Below, in pieces: positions 25,467 to 37,658 of a DNA stretch of 64,000 bases; position 1 is the first letter of the stretch; each line of letters opens with the position of its first letter. The notes beneath the pieces are model-generated. The model searched no databases, had not been told where the DNA came from, and saw only the letters and a program-made list of their open reading frames with translations. Location: contig NC_057719.1 in the NCBI RefSeq assembly GCF_004010195.1, positions 25,680,663-25,744,662 of the forward strand, in the 5' to 3' direction. Both the position numbers and the translations under genes were made by a program. Source of the DNA: Chiloscyllium plagiosum. Its lineage: Eukaryota.

Positions 25467-25741
25467 GGAAGAAAGTGGAGACGGAGATTTAATAGAGGTG
25501 GGATCACAATGGAAGCACAACAGGAATATCTGTAGAGGGCAGGAGAAGCAAAAAGAAGAAAAGAGATAATGGTGCAAGGCAAAAAAAGATAGTAATGAGA
25601 CAAGTAAAGAAACAAAGACTGGATCCAGAAGAGAGGTAAACAGGACAGGAGAAACTGACTAGCGAAAGCGCAGTCAAATAGAACAAAGAACTGCAGATAC
25701 TGGAGATCTGAATATAAACAGAAATAGAAGGCGAAACTCAG

Positions 25742-26123
25742 CAGCAGCTCAGATTTGGTTTGGACACCCAACAGCCTTTAGGACTCAACATTGAGCTCAA
25801 TAACTGTTTCTGTCCTTCCATGATTTTTCACCAACGCCCAAACCCTGGTCCTTAATGACGTGGATTGCTTTCAGGACAGCCTGATGGTTCTCTCCTTCTC
25901 TCAGCTCAATCGGCTTCACTTCTGTCCTGTCTTATTATCAACAATGTCCTTTCATATCTCTCTGTCTGGGTTCTGTCTCCACCTATCCACTCACCTCATC
26001 AGGCCATGACACCTCCCGCCCAGCTTCGACATAAATACTACTTTTCCTAGCTGATATCAGTTCTGATGAAGAGTCACTAGACTAAAAGTATTAACTCTAC
26101 TTCTTCCCCACAGATACTGCCTG
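25742..26123 (+). mobile_element. Penelope-like element 3' fragment (ORF C-terminus, UTR, hammerhead motif)
   Basis: 25742-25804 translates QQLRFGLDTQQPLGLNIELNN, like the PLE GIY-YIG C-terminal LxTxxPxGLN motif. Followed by AGTT-CTGATGA-A-GAGTC-ACTA-GACT... from 26059. Confidence 0.7.
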
Positions 26124-26487
26124 GAATGTTGTCAATGCCCATAGCTGTTGCACTACCCAGTGCCTCCAACCGTTTCTTGATACCACGTGGAGTAAACCGA
26201 ATTGGTTTCAGACTGGTATCTGTGATGCTGAGGAGTACAGGAGGAGGCTGAGATAGATCATCCACTTGGCACTTCTAGCTGAAGATTGCTGCGAAAGCTT
26301 CAGCCTTATCTTTTGCACTGATGTGCTAGGCTCTTCCATTATTGAGACTTGGGATATTTGTGGAGCCTCCTCCTCCAGTGAGATTTTTAATTGCCTACCA
26401 TGATTCATGACTGGGCGTGGCAGTACTGCAGAGTTTGGATCTGATCCGATCACTCAGCTCTGTCTATCATGTGCGGCTGATGGTGGT

Positions 26488-26766
26488 TGTATTAAAAAGC
26501 TGATTCCTTTTTTCCACAAGCTGTTCCTTGATATTTTTTTTCAGAGGGGTCATAAATGGGCTAGGCTCTAATTAAACTAGCTTGGTACAGGGATGAAGAG
26601 GATTTTGAAAGGGTTTTTGTTTATATGTAAACTGATGAGATTTCAGGTCAAAGTGGTCATGTTTTAAATGTGACCTGTATAATGAAGGGGAGCAGTCAGC
26701 TCTCTCGCTGAGCAGTTCTGTCCAGACCTAGTTGGGAGTTCAACAGTAAGCTGTGTGGAAATAGTC

Positions 26767-26802
<36 letters not shown>

Positions 26803-27134
26803 TCTGCCCTTCTAACTTCAACCTGTAAGCATCTGTTCCATTTTTTAAATTGTGTTTCAACAGGGTTTGCTTAGTGGGTCTGTTGTGTCTATTTGGAGCA
26901 GCATAATTAAGTCTAGTTTGGATAGACAGGGTTCTGTAGAGATTCTTTATTCTGTTCTTTTGTTTCATTGTGTAATTTTGTTAATAAATTTTTGTCTGTT
27001 TTAAACCCTGGTAGCCAACTTTGCTAACTTAATCCGGGTAATTTTCACTGTGCACTTTGTGAAACAAATTGCAAAGTTATGGTCTGAGTTACCTGCCTAA
27101 GAGTGTCTTGAGTGGTCCGGCCTAGATCATTACA
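26488..27134 (+). mobile_element. Probable solo LTR
   Basis: TGTATT...ATTACA termini. Internal TATAA, (CT)n and AATAAA (about 26983). Interrupts a LINE, but no clean TSD is visible. Confidence 0.6.
26771..26799. repeat. (CT)n microsatellite
   Basis: Direct reading. Confidence 0.95.
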
Positions 27135-27453
27135 GTTGGCGTGCAAGTAGTACTGTTTGATAGTTTCAACAGGTTGAGACCTCACTTTCAGGTATGCCTA
27201 GTGCTGTTCCTGGCACGGTCTCCTGCACTCTGCATTGAACCAGGATTATTCCCCTGGCTTGACAGTTATGGTTGAGTGGAAGACATGCTGGGCCATGTAG
27301 CTACAGATTGTGCTGGAGTACATTCTGCTGCTGATGGCCCAAAGCACCTCATGGATGCCCAGTCTTGATTTGCTACATCTGTTTGAAGTCTGTCCTATTT
27401 AATATGGTGATCGTGCAACACAACATAATGGAGGACACAATGCTGCAGTCCCA

Positions 27454-28490
27454 GTCATAGAGTCATAGAGATATACAGCATGGAAACAGACCCTTCGGTC
27501 CAACCTGTCCATGCCGACCAGATACCCCAACCCAATCTAGTCCCACCTGCCAGCAGCTGGCCCATATCCCTCCAAACCCTTCTTATTCATATACCCAACC
27601 AAATGCCTCTTAAATGTTGCAATTGTACCAGGCTCCACCACTTCATCTGGCAGCTCATTACATACACGTACCACCCTGTATGAAAAAGTTGCCCTGTAGG
27701 TCTCTTTTATATCTTTCCCATCTCACCCTAAACCTATGCCCTCTAATTCTGGACTCCCCCACCCCAGGGAAAAGACTTTACCTAATTATCCTATCCATGC
27801 CCCTCATAATTTTGTAAACCTCTATAAGGTCACCCCTCAGCCTCTGACGCTCCAGGGAAAACAGCCCCAGCCTGTTCAGCCTCTCCCTATAGCTCAAATT
27901 CTCCATCCTTGTAAATCTTTTCTGAGCCCTTTCAAGTTTCACAACATCTTTCCGACTGGAAGGAGACCAGAAATGCACGCAATATTCCAACAGTGGCCTA
28001 ACCAATGTCCTGTACTGCCGCAACATGACCTCCAATGTCCTGTACTGCCGCAACATGACCTCCCAACTCCTGTACTCAATACACTGACCAATAAACGAAA
28101 GCATACCAAATGCCTTCTTTACTATCCTATCTACTTGCGACTCTACTCTCAAGGAGCTATGTACCTGCACTCCAAGGTCTCTTTGTTCAGCAACACTCCC
28201 TAGGATCTTATCATTAAGAGTATAAGTCCTGCTAAGATTTGCTTTCCCAAAATGCAGCACCTCGCATTTATCCGAATTAAACTCCATCTGCCACTTCTCA
28301 GCCCATTGGCCCATCTGGTCAAGATCCTGTTGTAATCTGAGGTAACCCTCTTCACTGTCCACTACATCTCCAATTTTGGTGTCATCTACAAACTTAATAA
28401 CTGTATCTTTTATGCTCGCATCCAAATCATTTATGTAAATGACAAAAAGTAGAGGACCCAGCACCGATCCTTGTGGCACTCCACTGGTCA
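27454..28490 (-). mobile_element. 5'-truncated CR1 (RT C-terminal half plus tail)
   Basis: 233-aa ORF PQGSVLGPLLFVIYINDLD...KFVDDTK...RGDLIEVYKIM. Tail reads agtcatagagtcatagag on the plus strand. Confidence 0.93.
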
Positions 28491-29319
28491 GCTACTTTAT
28501 CTACTTTACTAACTTCTTGTTACACCTTCAGGTTGACCCCTCATTATGATTCATGTTTCATTAAAAAAAATTTCCTGAAAGCGAGTTTGCCATTATAGCA
28601 TCCATTGGTGGCATATAGAGAATGGAACATACAGTTTCTTTTTTTGCACACCGTTTGGCACAATCATTGGCATAAAACAAGTATTTTACCTTCATTGAAA
28701 CCCAACACAGTACTCAGAATAATAGTTCAGCCTTTATCCTTAGGCACTAACAGTAAGAGAGGAATAATATCTGACCTTTTCACTTCACCCTTGAATGACT
28801 TCACTGTGCAATTTTATTATGGCTATGTGGGCACCATCTAGTCAAAGAGCAGCAGATCATAATGCCAATCCAGTGAAGAAGAATCAGCCCTTCTGAATGA
28901 AATGAGAGACAAAAAACACAGATTTGGCTGTGCAAGATCCTTCCAGACTGTTACGCTTGCCTGAAGGGAGCTGTCACTCATCAACAAGGTACTAGCCCAG
29001 TGCAGAAAATAATCAATTAAATTCAAAATGGCTGGCAAGGTCATGTTAAGACCTAGAGAACTGATACGTTGTTATTGCTGTAGGTTGGTAGCAGATTGAA
29101 TGAATGTCGCCATTTGCACACGGGGGAGAAGGAGATCAAGGTGAGGTATCAACATTAAACTGAGTTCTGCAAAACCATTAATGCAACACTCAGTGGAGAT
29201 TCCTCTGAGTGTACATCACTCTGATGGTCTGCCTCCAGTATCTTCGATTCACCTGGGAAATGATATCTGCATCAATCAGATCAAAGTGCAGTACCTCCTG
29301 AATTATGAAGTTCAGAAAG

Positions 29320-29517
29320 TTAAAAATCACACAACACCAGGTTATAGTCAAACAGGTTTAATTGGAAGCACACTAGCTTTCGGAGCGACGCTCCTTCATC
29401 AGGTGAGCGTCGCTCCGAAAGCTAGTGTGCTTCCAATGAAACCTGTTGGACTATAACCTGGTGTTGTGTGATTTTTAACTTTGTACACCCCAGTCCAACA
29501 CCGGCATCTCCGAATCA
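29320..29517. mobile_element. PLE-derived fold-back element, family 3
   Basis: 78-bp inverted arms at 29316-29393 and 29405-29482 with 2 mismatches. TSD GAAGTTCAGAAAG at 29307-29319 and 29518-29530. Confidence 0.8.
29371..29405 (-). ncRNA. Minimal type I hammerhead ribozyme motif
   Basis: CAC-CUGAUGA-A-GGAGC-GUC-GCUCC-GAAA-G-C-U-A-GUG. Stem I is CAC/GUG, stem II is 5 bp, stem III is a loopless palindromic AGCU, and the predicted cleavage triplet is CUA. Activity is not shown. Confidence 0.75.
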
Positions 29518-29849
29518 GAAGTTCAGAAAGGAACTGTAAGGTATTGTTATTTCTCTGAAGGCTGAATGCAGATTCTTGATTTGAGCAATAATATGCTTTG
29601 ATCGCACTCATTGTTCATCTCTTCTACAGTTACTGCAGCTTCTATATTTTGGGTCACTAAGTGTGCAGACGGAAGGCTTTGAATAGCTTTGTCTCTATCA
29701 AGAGGTCAGGGAGGGGCCATTGCCAAGGGATGAAGCCTCATCGGCCACTTTTTGATTGCTGCTACATGCTTGCTCTTCACATTGCCTGAGAGAACACTTC
29801 ATGTTACACATCAATTCGACCTTGGAGTTTAGAGAAAGCAGCAATTCCA

Positions 29850-31215
29850 TAAGATAGAGCTATAGAGTCCTTTCTCACAAAGACAGGCCTCTTGGTCCAA
29901 ACTGGTCCATGCTAACCAAAATGTCCATCTATGCTAACAGCATTTCCTTGCATTTAGCCCATATCCTACTAAACTTTTCTATCCATGTATTTGGCCAAAT
30001 GCCTTTTAAATGTTGTTAATGTAGCCGCCTCAACCAATTCCACTGGCAGCTTATTCCATATGCATACCAGCCTCTGTGTAAAAAGGTTGCCCCTCAGGTT
30101 CCCTTTTATTCTTTCCCCTCTCACCTTAAAATGATGCCCTCCAGTCCTTGATTCCCCATCCTTGGGAAAAAGACTTGAGTGCATTCACCCTATCCATGCC
30201 TCTCATGATCTTACACACTTCTATAAGATACCCCTTCAGTCACCTATGCTCTAAAGAAAAAAGTCCTAGCTTGTCCAGCCTCTCCCAATAACTCAGTCCC
30301 TTGAGTCCTGGCAACATCCTTGTAAATATCTTCTGCACTCTTTCCAGTTTAATAACAGCCTTCCTATAGCAAGATGACCAAAAATGAACACAATACTTCA
30401 AATGCAACCCCATCAATGTTCTGTACAACTGCAACATTACTTCCCAACTTCTTTATTCAATAAAGGTCAGTGTGCCAAAGGACTTCTTCACTGCCCTGTC
30501 TACCTGTGACTCACTTTCAGAGAACTGTGCACCTGAACTCCCAGGTCCCTCTGTTCCACTAAACTCCTTAAGGCCCTACCATTCACCATGAAACTCCTAC
30601 CTTGATTTGACTTTCCACAAGGTAACACCTCACACTTACCTATATTAAACTCCATTTGCCATTTCTTAGCCCATTTCCCCAGCTGATCAAGATCCTGCTG
30701 TAATTCCTGACAACCTTCCTCCCTGTCCACAAGACCACCGATTTTAGTGTCATCAGTAAATTTACTAATCATGCCTTGTGCATTTTCATCTAAATCATTG
30801 ATAGAGATAGCAAACAGCAATGTACCCAGCATTAACCCCTGAGGCACTCCAGTCCAACAAGCATCCTTCCACTATCACCCTCTGCTTCCTCCCATCAAAA
30901 CCAATTATGTATGCAATTTTCAGCTTCCCCTGGATTCCATACAATCTAACCTTCCACAGCAGCCTAACATGTGGAACCTTATCAAATGCCCTCCTGAAAT
31001 CCATATAGACTATGTCTACTGCCCTGCCTTCATCTACCCTCCTGGTCACTTCATCAAAGAATCCTAACAAATCTGTGAGGCATGATACGCAACGCACAAA
31101 GCCATGCTGACGACTCCTAATCAAACCCTGTCTTTCCAAATGGAAATACTTCAGAATCTCCTCAAGTAACTTACCCACCACAGATATTAGGCTTACTGGT
31201 CTTTAGTTCCAAGGT
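29850..31215 (-). mobile_element. 5'-truncated CR1 (RT to 3' end)
   Basis: ORFs QHGFVRCVSCLTDLL...MDFRRAFDKVPH, PQG..LG.LLF..INDLD..KFTDDTK, and HLKYCVHFWS. Confidence 0.92.
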
Positions 31216-31332
31216 TGCCAAGATCCTGTGGCTCTAGTGTTCTACTATCTAGGTCCAATTTCTAAACTTGTAAACTGGGTTAGCCTTGTGCAAAACAGCA
31301 TGACAAATTTATGCTTGAATTCTGTCCGGTTA

Positions 31333-34300
31333 ATAGAACATAGAATACAGAACAATACAGCGCAGAAAAGGCCCTTCGTCCCTTGATGTTGCACTGACCT
31401 GTGAACTAATCTAAGCCCATCCCCCTACACTATCCCATCATCATCCATGTGCTTATCCAGGGTTGTTTAAATGCCCCTAATGTGGCTGAGTTAACTACAT
31501 TGGCAGCAGGGCATTCCACGCCCTTACCAGTCTCTGAATAAAGAACCTGTTTTTGACATCTATCTTAAATCTATCACCCCTCAACTTGTAGCTATGACCC
31601 CTCATACAAGCTGACATCATCATCCAAGGAAAAAGACTCTCACTGTCCACCCTATCTAATCCTCTGATCATCTTGTATGTCTCTATCAAATCCCCTCTTA
31701 GCTGTCTTCTCTCCAATGAGAACAGACCCAAGTTCCTCAGCCTTTCCTCATAAGACTTTCTCTCCAGACCAGGCAACATCCTGGTAAATCTCCTCGGCAC
31801 CCTTTTCCAATCCTTCCTGTAATGGTGCGACCAGAACTGCACACAATACTCCAAGTGAGGCCACACTGGCATTTTGTACAGATGTAGCATGACATCGTGG
31901 CTCCGGAACTCAATCCCTCTACCAATAAAACTTAACACACCGTATGCCTTCTTAACAGCACTATGAACCTGGGTGGCAACTTTCAGGGATCTATGTACAT
32001 GAACACGAAGATCCCTCTGCACATCCGTATTACCAAGTATTTTCCCATTGACCAAGTATTCTGTCTTCCTGTTATTCCTCCCAAGAATAAATGAATCACC
32101 TCACATTTATCTGCATTGAACTCCATTTGCCACCTTTCAGCTCAATTCTGCAGTTTATCAAAGTCTCCCTGCAACCCATAACATTCGACCACACTGTCCA
32201 CTACTCCACTGACTTTGGTATCATCTGCAAACTTACTAACCCATCCACCTATGCCTGCGTCCAAGTCATTTATAGAAATGACAAACAGCTATGGTCCCAA
32301 AACAGATTCTTGAGGCATACCACCAGTAACCGGACTCCAGGCTGAATACTTTCCTTCAACCACAACTCGTTGCCTTCTTACAGAAAGCCAGTTTCTAATC
32401 CAAACTGCTAAGTCACCTTCAATCCCATGACTCCGCATTTTCTCCAAAAGCCTACCATGTGGAATCTTGTCAAAGGCTTTACTGGAGTCCATGTACACTA
32501 TGAGGAGAAAGTGAGGACTGCAGATGCTAGAGATCAGAGCTGAAAATGTGTTGCTGGTAAAGTGCAGCAGGTCAGGCAGCATCCAAGGAGCAGGGGAATC
32601 GACGTTTCGGGCAAGGGCTCATGCCCGAAACGTCGATTCTCCTGCTCCTTGGATGCTGCCTGACCTGCTGCGCTTTTCCAGCAATACATTTTCAGCTCCA
32701 TGTACACTACGTCAACTGCCCTACCCTCATCCACATGTTTGGTTTGTGAGATAGGACCTGCTCTTGATGAATCTATGTTGACTATTTTCAATCAAATTGT
32801 TGCTTGCTAGATGATTATAAATCCTATCTCTTATAATCCTTTCCAAAACGTTTCCAACAATAGGCTCACTGGTCGATAATTACCTGGGTCATCTCTGCTG
32901 TCCTTTTTGAACAAGGGCACAATATTTGCAATCCTCCAGTCCTCAGAGACTAAACCTGTACACAATGATGACTCAAAGGTCAAGGCCAAAGGCTCAGCCA
33001 TCTCCTCCTTCCCAGAGAATTCTTGGAAAAATCCCAACTGGCTCAGGGGACTTATCTACTTTCACTCCTTCTCCTCCTTACTAACCTCAATCCTTTCAAG
33101 TCTAATAGCCCGTATCTCAGTCTTCTCCTCAACAATGTTTTCCTTTTCCTGAGTGAAAACAGCTGAGAAATAGTCGTTCAGCACATCTCCGATCTCCACA
33201 GGGTCCACACACAACTTCCCACTTTGGTCTTTGACTGACCCTATACCTACCCTAGTCATCCTTTTATTCCTCACATACCTATAGAAAGCTTTAGGGTTCT
33301 CCTTTATTCTACCTGCTAAAGACTGCTCATGTCCCCTCCTTGCTTTTCTTAATTTTTTCTTTAAATCCTTCCTCGCTACTCTTTAACTCTCCATCACCTC
33401 ATTTGAACCACCTCATCTCAAAGTAATAAGCCTCCCACTTCCGCTTAACAAGAGATACAATTTGTTTTGTAAACCACGGTTCCCTTACCTTATCACTTGC
33501 TCCCTGCCTGCGAGGAACATACCTATCAAAGACACACAATATCTGTTCCTTAAACCAGCTCCACATTTCGATTGACCCCATCCCCTGCATTTTGCTGCCC
33601 CATTCTATGCCTCTAAAATCTTACCTCATCGCATATTAATTGCCCTTCCCCCATTTATAACTCTTGCCTTGTGGCATGTATGTATTCCTTTCCATCATTA
33701 AACTAAACAGAACTGAATTATGGTCACTCTCTCCAAAGTGCTCACCTACCACTAAATTCATTACCAAGCACCAGATCCAGTGTGGCCTCTCCTCTTGTCT
33801 GTCCTTTGACATACTGTGTCAGGAAACCCTCCTGCACACATTGGACAAAAACTGATCCATCCAACGTACTTGAGTTATAACATTTCCAGTCAATGTTGGG
33901 GAAGTTAAAGTCCCCCATAATGACCACGCTGTTCCTTTCACTCCTACCCAGAATCGATTTGCCAATCCTCTCCTCCACATCCCTGGAACTTTGCGGAGGC
34001 GTATAAAAACCTCCCAGCAATTTGACCTCTCCTCTCTTGTTTCTAACCTCAGCCCATACCACCTCAGTAGACGAGTCCTCTTCAAATGTTCTTTCAGCCA
34101 CTGTTATACCGTCCTTGACTAACAAAGCCACATCTCCCCCTCTTTTACCACCTTCCCTGATCTTAATGAAATATCTCAACCCTGGAACATGCAACATCCA
34201 TTCCTGACCTTCCTCCACTCATGTCTCAGAAATGGCCACAACATCAAAGTCCCAGGTACCTATCCATGCTGTGAGCTCACCTACGTTATTCCGGATATTC

Positions 34301-35185
34301 CTGGCGTTGAAGCAGACACACTTCAAACCAGCTTGCTGTCTGCCAACACACTCCTGTGACCGTGAAATCCTGTCTATGTCCTCCCTACTCTCATCGCCCT
34401 GCATACTGGAACTACCACAACTTCCCATCCCCCTGCTGAGCTAGTTTAAACCCACCCGAACAGCACCAGCAAATTTCCAACCCAGGATATTAGAGCCGCC
34501 CTGGTTCAAGTGATGGCCACTTGTTTGTAGAGGTCCCATCTTCCCCAGAATGAGCCCCAATTATCCACAAACCTGAAACCCTTCCTCCTGCACCATCCCT
34601 GCAGCCACATGTTCAGCTGATATTGCTCCCTGTTCCTCACGTTGTTATCATGTGGCACGGGTAACAAATCAGAGATAACAACTTTCTTTGTTCTCGCTTT
34701 TAGCTTCTACCCTGGCTCCCTGAAATCCTGCCTTACATCCTATCCCTCTTTATACCTCGGTAGTTTTTAACCTATGTGGACTACAACTTGGAGCTGGTCA
34801 CGGGGCACACCTTAATACTAAACAGAACTGAATTATGGTCACTCTCTCCAAAGTGCTCACCTACCACTAAATTCATTACCAAGCACCAGATCCAGTGTGG
34901 CCTCTCCTCTTGTCTGTCCTTTGACATACTGTGTCAGGAAACCCTCCTGCAAACATTGGACAAAAACTGATCCATCCATCCATTTCCAGTTATAACTTAA
35001 TACTAGCGACGCTATGAAAGCACAGGTCCAGAGGTTCCTCTGAGAGGTTCCCTTCAGGACCCCAAAGACATGATCTGAGACATCACAGACCCTGGCACCT
35101 GGGAGGCAACACACCAACTTCTGAGTCTCTTTTGTTCCCAACAAGCCTTCTACCTGACCCTCTAACTATTGAGTCCCCAATGAAT
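31333..35185 (-). mobile_element. Near full-length decayed CR1 (ORF1 esterase, APE, RT, tail)
   Basis: Colinear minus ORFs: LVCCLPGARV, CFNARNIRN...VAISET, GDFNFPNIDW, PGNYRPVSL, KAFDKIPH, HLEYCVQFW. agaacatagaa tail at about 31334. Same subfamily by eye as 13660-15775. Confidence 0.93.
32501..32696. mobile_element. PLE-derived fold-back element, family 1, nested in CR1 RT
   Basis: TSD TCCATGTACACTA at 32488-32500 and 32697-32709. Arms at about 32537-32613 and 32622-32698. Confidence 0.85.
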
Positions 35186-35419
35186 AACGTTGCAAATGCT
35201 GCAAACATCTACCTGTGGTTACGCAAATGTATCCTGTTCAGTAGATGTTTTAAGCCGTGGTCAATTCAATAGCATTTGAAGGCATAGCACAGGCAGACTA
35301 GTGTGGTTACATGTCATATGTAAAAGATCACGTAGATATCTAATTGTCTCTGTGGTATATAAACTCTTCTTTCACCATGCTGACACATCCTACTGGTGTA
35401 GGGAGGAAGGGAGTTGAGG

Positions 35420-36410
35420 CTTTTTTTATTCATTCATAAGATGTGGGCATTGCTGGCTGAATCGACATTTATTACCCATCAACCATTATCTTTGTCCACC
35501 CAAGTTTGGATATTCTCCAGATCTTGCTGCATTTGAACATGGACTGCTTCAGCATCTGAGGTGTTGTGAATGGTGCAGATCATTACGCAATCATTGGCAA
35601 CCTTCCCCACTTCTGCCCTAATAGAGGGAAGGTCATTGATGAAGCAGCTGTAGATGGTTGGACGTAGGACACTACAAGAGGTACTCCTGCAGAGAAGAAC
35701 TGAGATGACTGACCTCCAAAAACCATAACCATTTTCCTTTGTGCCAGGTATGACTCTAACCAACAGAGAGGTTTTCCTTGATTTCCAGTGACACCATTGA
35801 TGGGAATGACTGAACAGATTGGATTTGACCTGCTTTAGGTGTATAGGACACACCTGCGCAATTTCCCACATTGTTGGGTAGATCCAGTGTTGTAGCTGTA
35901 CTGGAACAACTTGGCAAGGGGAGATACAAGTTCTGGAGCACAAATCTTCTGTACTATTGCCAGAATGTTGTCAGTGCCCTTTGCAGTATTCAGTGTCTCC
36001 AACTGCTTCTTGCTATCATATGGAGTGAATTGAATTGGCCAAAGATTGGTATCTGTGATGCTGGGGCCCACTGGAAGAGGCCAAGATGGATCATCCACTC
36101 AGCACTTCTGAATGAAGATTGCTGTGAATGCTTCAGCCTTATCATTTACACTGATGTGCTGGGCTCTTCCCTCATAGAGGATTGGGATATTTGTGGAGCT
36201 TTCTCCTCCAATGAGTTGTTTAATTGTCCACCACCATTCACTATGAGATGTGGCAGGAATAAAGAACTTAGATTTGACCCAATGATTGTAGGATCACCCA
36301 GGTTTGTCTATCATTTGTTTCTTATGCTGCTTGGCACGCAAGTAGTCTTATTTTGTAGCTTGACAGGTTGATGCCCCATTTTTCGGTATGCCTGCCGCTG
36401 TATCTGGTTT
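35420..36410 (-). mobile_element. Second-family LINE, RT region and 3' tail
   Basis: ORFs KICAPELVSPLAKLFQYSYNTG, PTMWEIAQVCPIH and FINDLPS...ANDC...QQDLENIQTW. Tail gatgtgggcattgctggc. Confidence 0.8.
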
Positions 36411-36414
36411 GCAC

Positions 36415-36770
36415 AACGAAAAATGCTGGAAACCACAGCAGGTCAGGCATCATCTGTGGAGAGGGTACAAGCTAATGTTTTGAGTCTAGATGACTCTTCA
36501 TCGGACCTGACATGATGTGTGGAGGGGGCTGCATTGATTTTGTGTGTGCGTGTGTGCAGAATGTTCATGGTTCAGAGTAAGTGATAGGAATGTGAGAATG
36601 GCAGAACACAACTGCCAGACTGGAAGGTACAGATGGTCTTTCTGTGGGGAGAGGGAAGAGAGAACATGGTAACAGACATTGCATCAAGTTAAGCTAAAAT
36701 AAATGGAAGGAATGGGAGTGAGTTTACAATCTGAATGTGTTGAACTCAATCTGAAGTCCATAAGGTTATA
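36415..36770 (-). mobile_element. Penelope-like element 3' fragment with degenerate hammerhead
   Basis: Minus 36765-36724 translates PYGLQIEFNTFRL*. Downstream is CCGATGA-A-GAGTC-ATCTA-GACTC-AAAAC-ATT at about 36505-36475, then the family arm. Confidence 0.65.
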
Positions 36771-37450
36771 TAGTATATTCTGGCTACTGCATTATTAATT
36801 TAAGATAATGCCTGACTCTCAATAATTCCACCCTTTCCCACTACTGTTTTTCTATGATAATAACCATCTGAAAATCTTTCCTGGCTCCTGTGATGCCATG
36901 ACTCTGCATGTCTGAGAAGAGTGAATGGACTGGCAGTGAAAAAAAAAATCCTGATATATCCAGGAAAACAGACTGAAAAGCTCTTCCAAATTATAAGCTT
37001 AAACTCTCAAATCCCTTCAACTTCACAAAGCCCTGCCTTGATCAGATGATTGTAGCAGCAGCTTGGCTTGACGTAACTTACCCTGGAAAATTTAACAGCA
37101 AGAATTTAACTAAAAACTGAACAAAGTCTATTAAATCTCCCAAGCAAAGAAACAAACATCTACTAATCTAAAAAAATTGAAGTAAAACAATTGCCAAATT
37201 CAGATTAAGACTCCTAAATTAAAATGCCGATTACCTACTGGAGCTGTCTTCTGAGTATATGTTTAGCTTGCAACCAAAGGTTGGGAGGTACTTTCAAAAG
37301 ACTGAAGCTGTTCATTTGCATGCACAAAAAAGTAATAATTTTCAAATGTATTTACAAACCCTCTTCAATTAAATGTGAGAGAAGTGAATTTAGAGAATTC
37401 AACTTTGACAGACATGTGTTAACACAGGTAAAGTTGTCATCATCTGAGAG

Positions 37451-37658
37451 GAGTCAAGAGTGAATACTGACTGAAGTCAGAGTGAAGTCAGGAATCGAGA
37501 GTGATTCCTGACTGAATCAGGAATGCTGTTCCTGATGAAGGGCTTTTGCCCAAAACATCGATTCTCCTGCTCCTTGGATGCTGCCTGACCTGCTGTGCTT
37601 TTCCAGCACCCCATTCTCGACTCTAATCTCCACTATCTGCAGTCCTCACTTTCGCTCC
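37451..37658 (+). mobile_element. PLE-derived insertion, family 1, with scrambled 5' filler
   Basis: TSD TCATCTGAGAG at 37440-37450 and 37659-37669. CTGATGA-A-GGGC-TTTT-GCCC-AAAAC-ATC from 37532. Confidence 0.75.

Larger units (their letters stand above)
26120..27440 (-). mobile_element. Second-family LINE fragment split by a solo LTR
   Basis: ORF SITDTSLKPIRFTPRGIKKRLEALGSATAMGIDNIP. The host sequence resumes after 27134 (ttggcgtgcaagtag). Confidence 0.7.
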
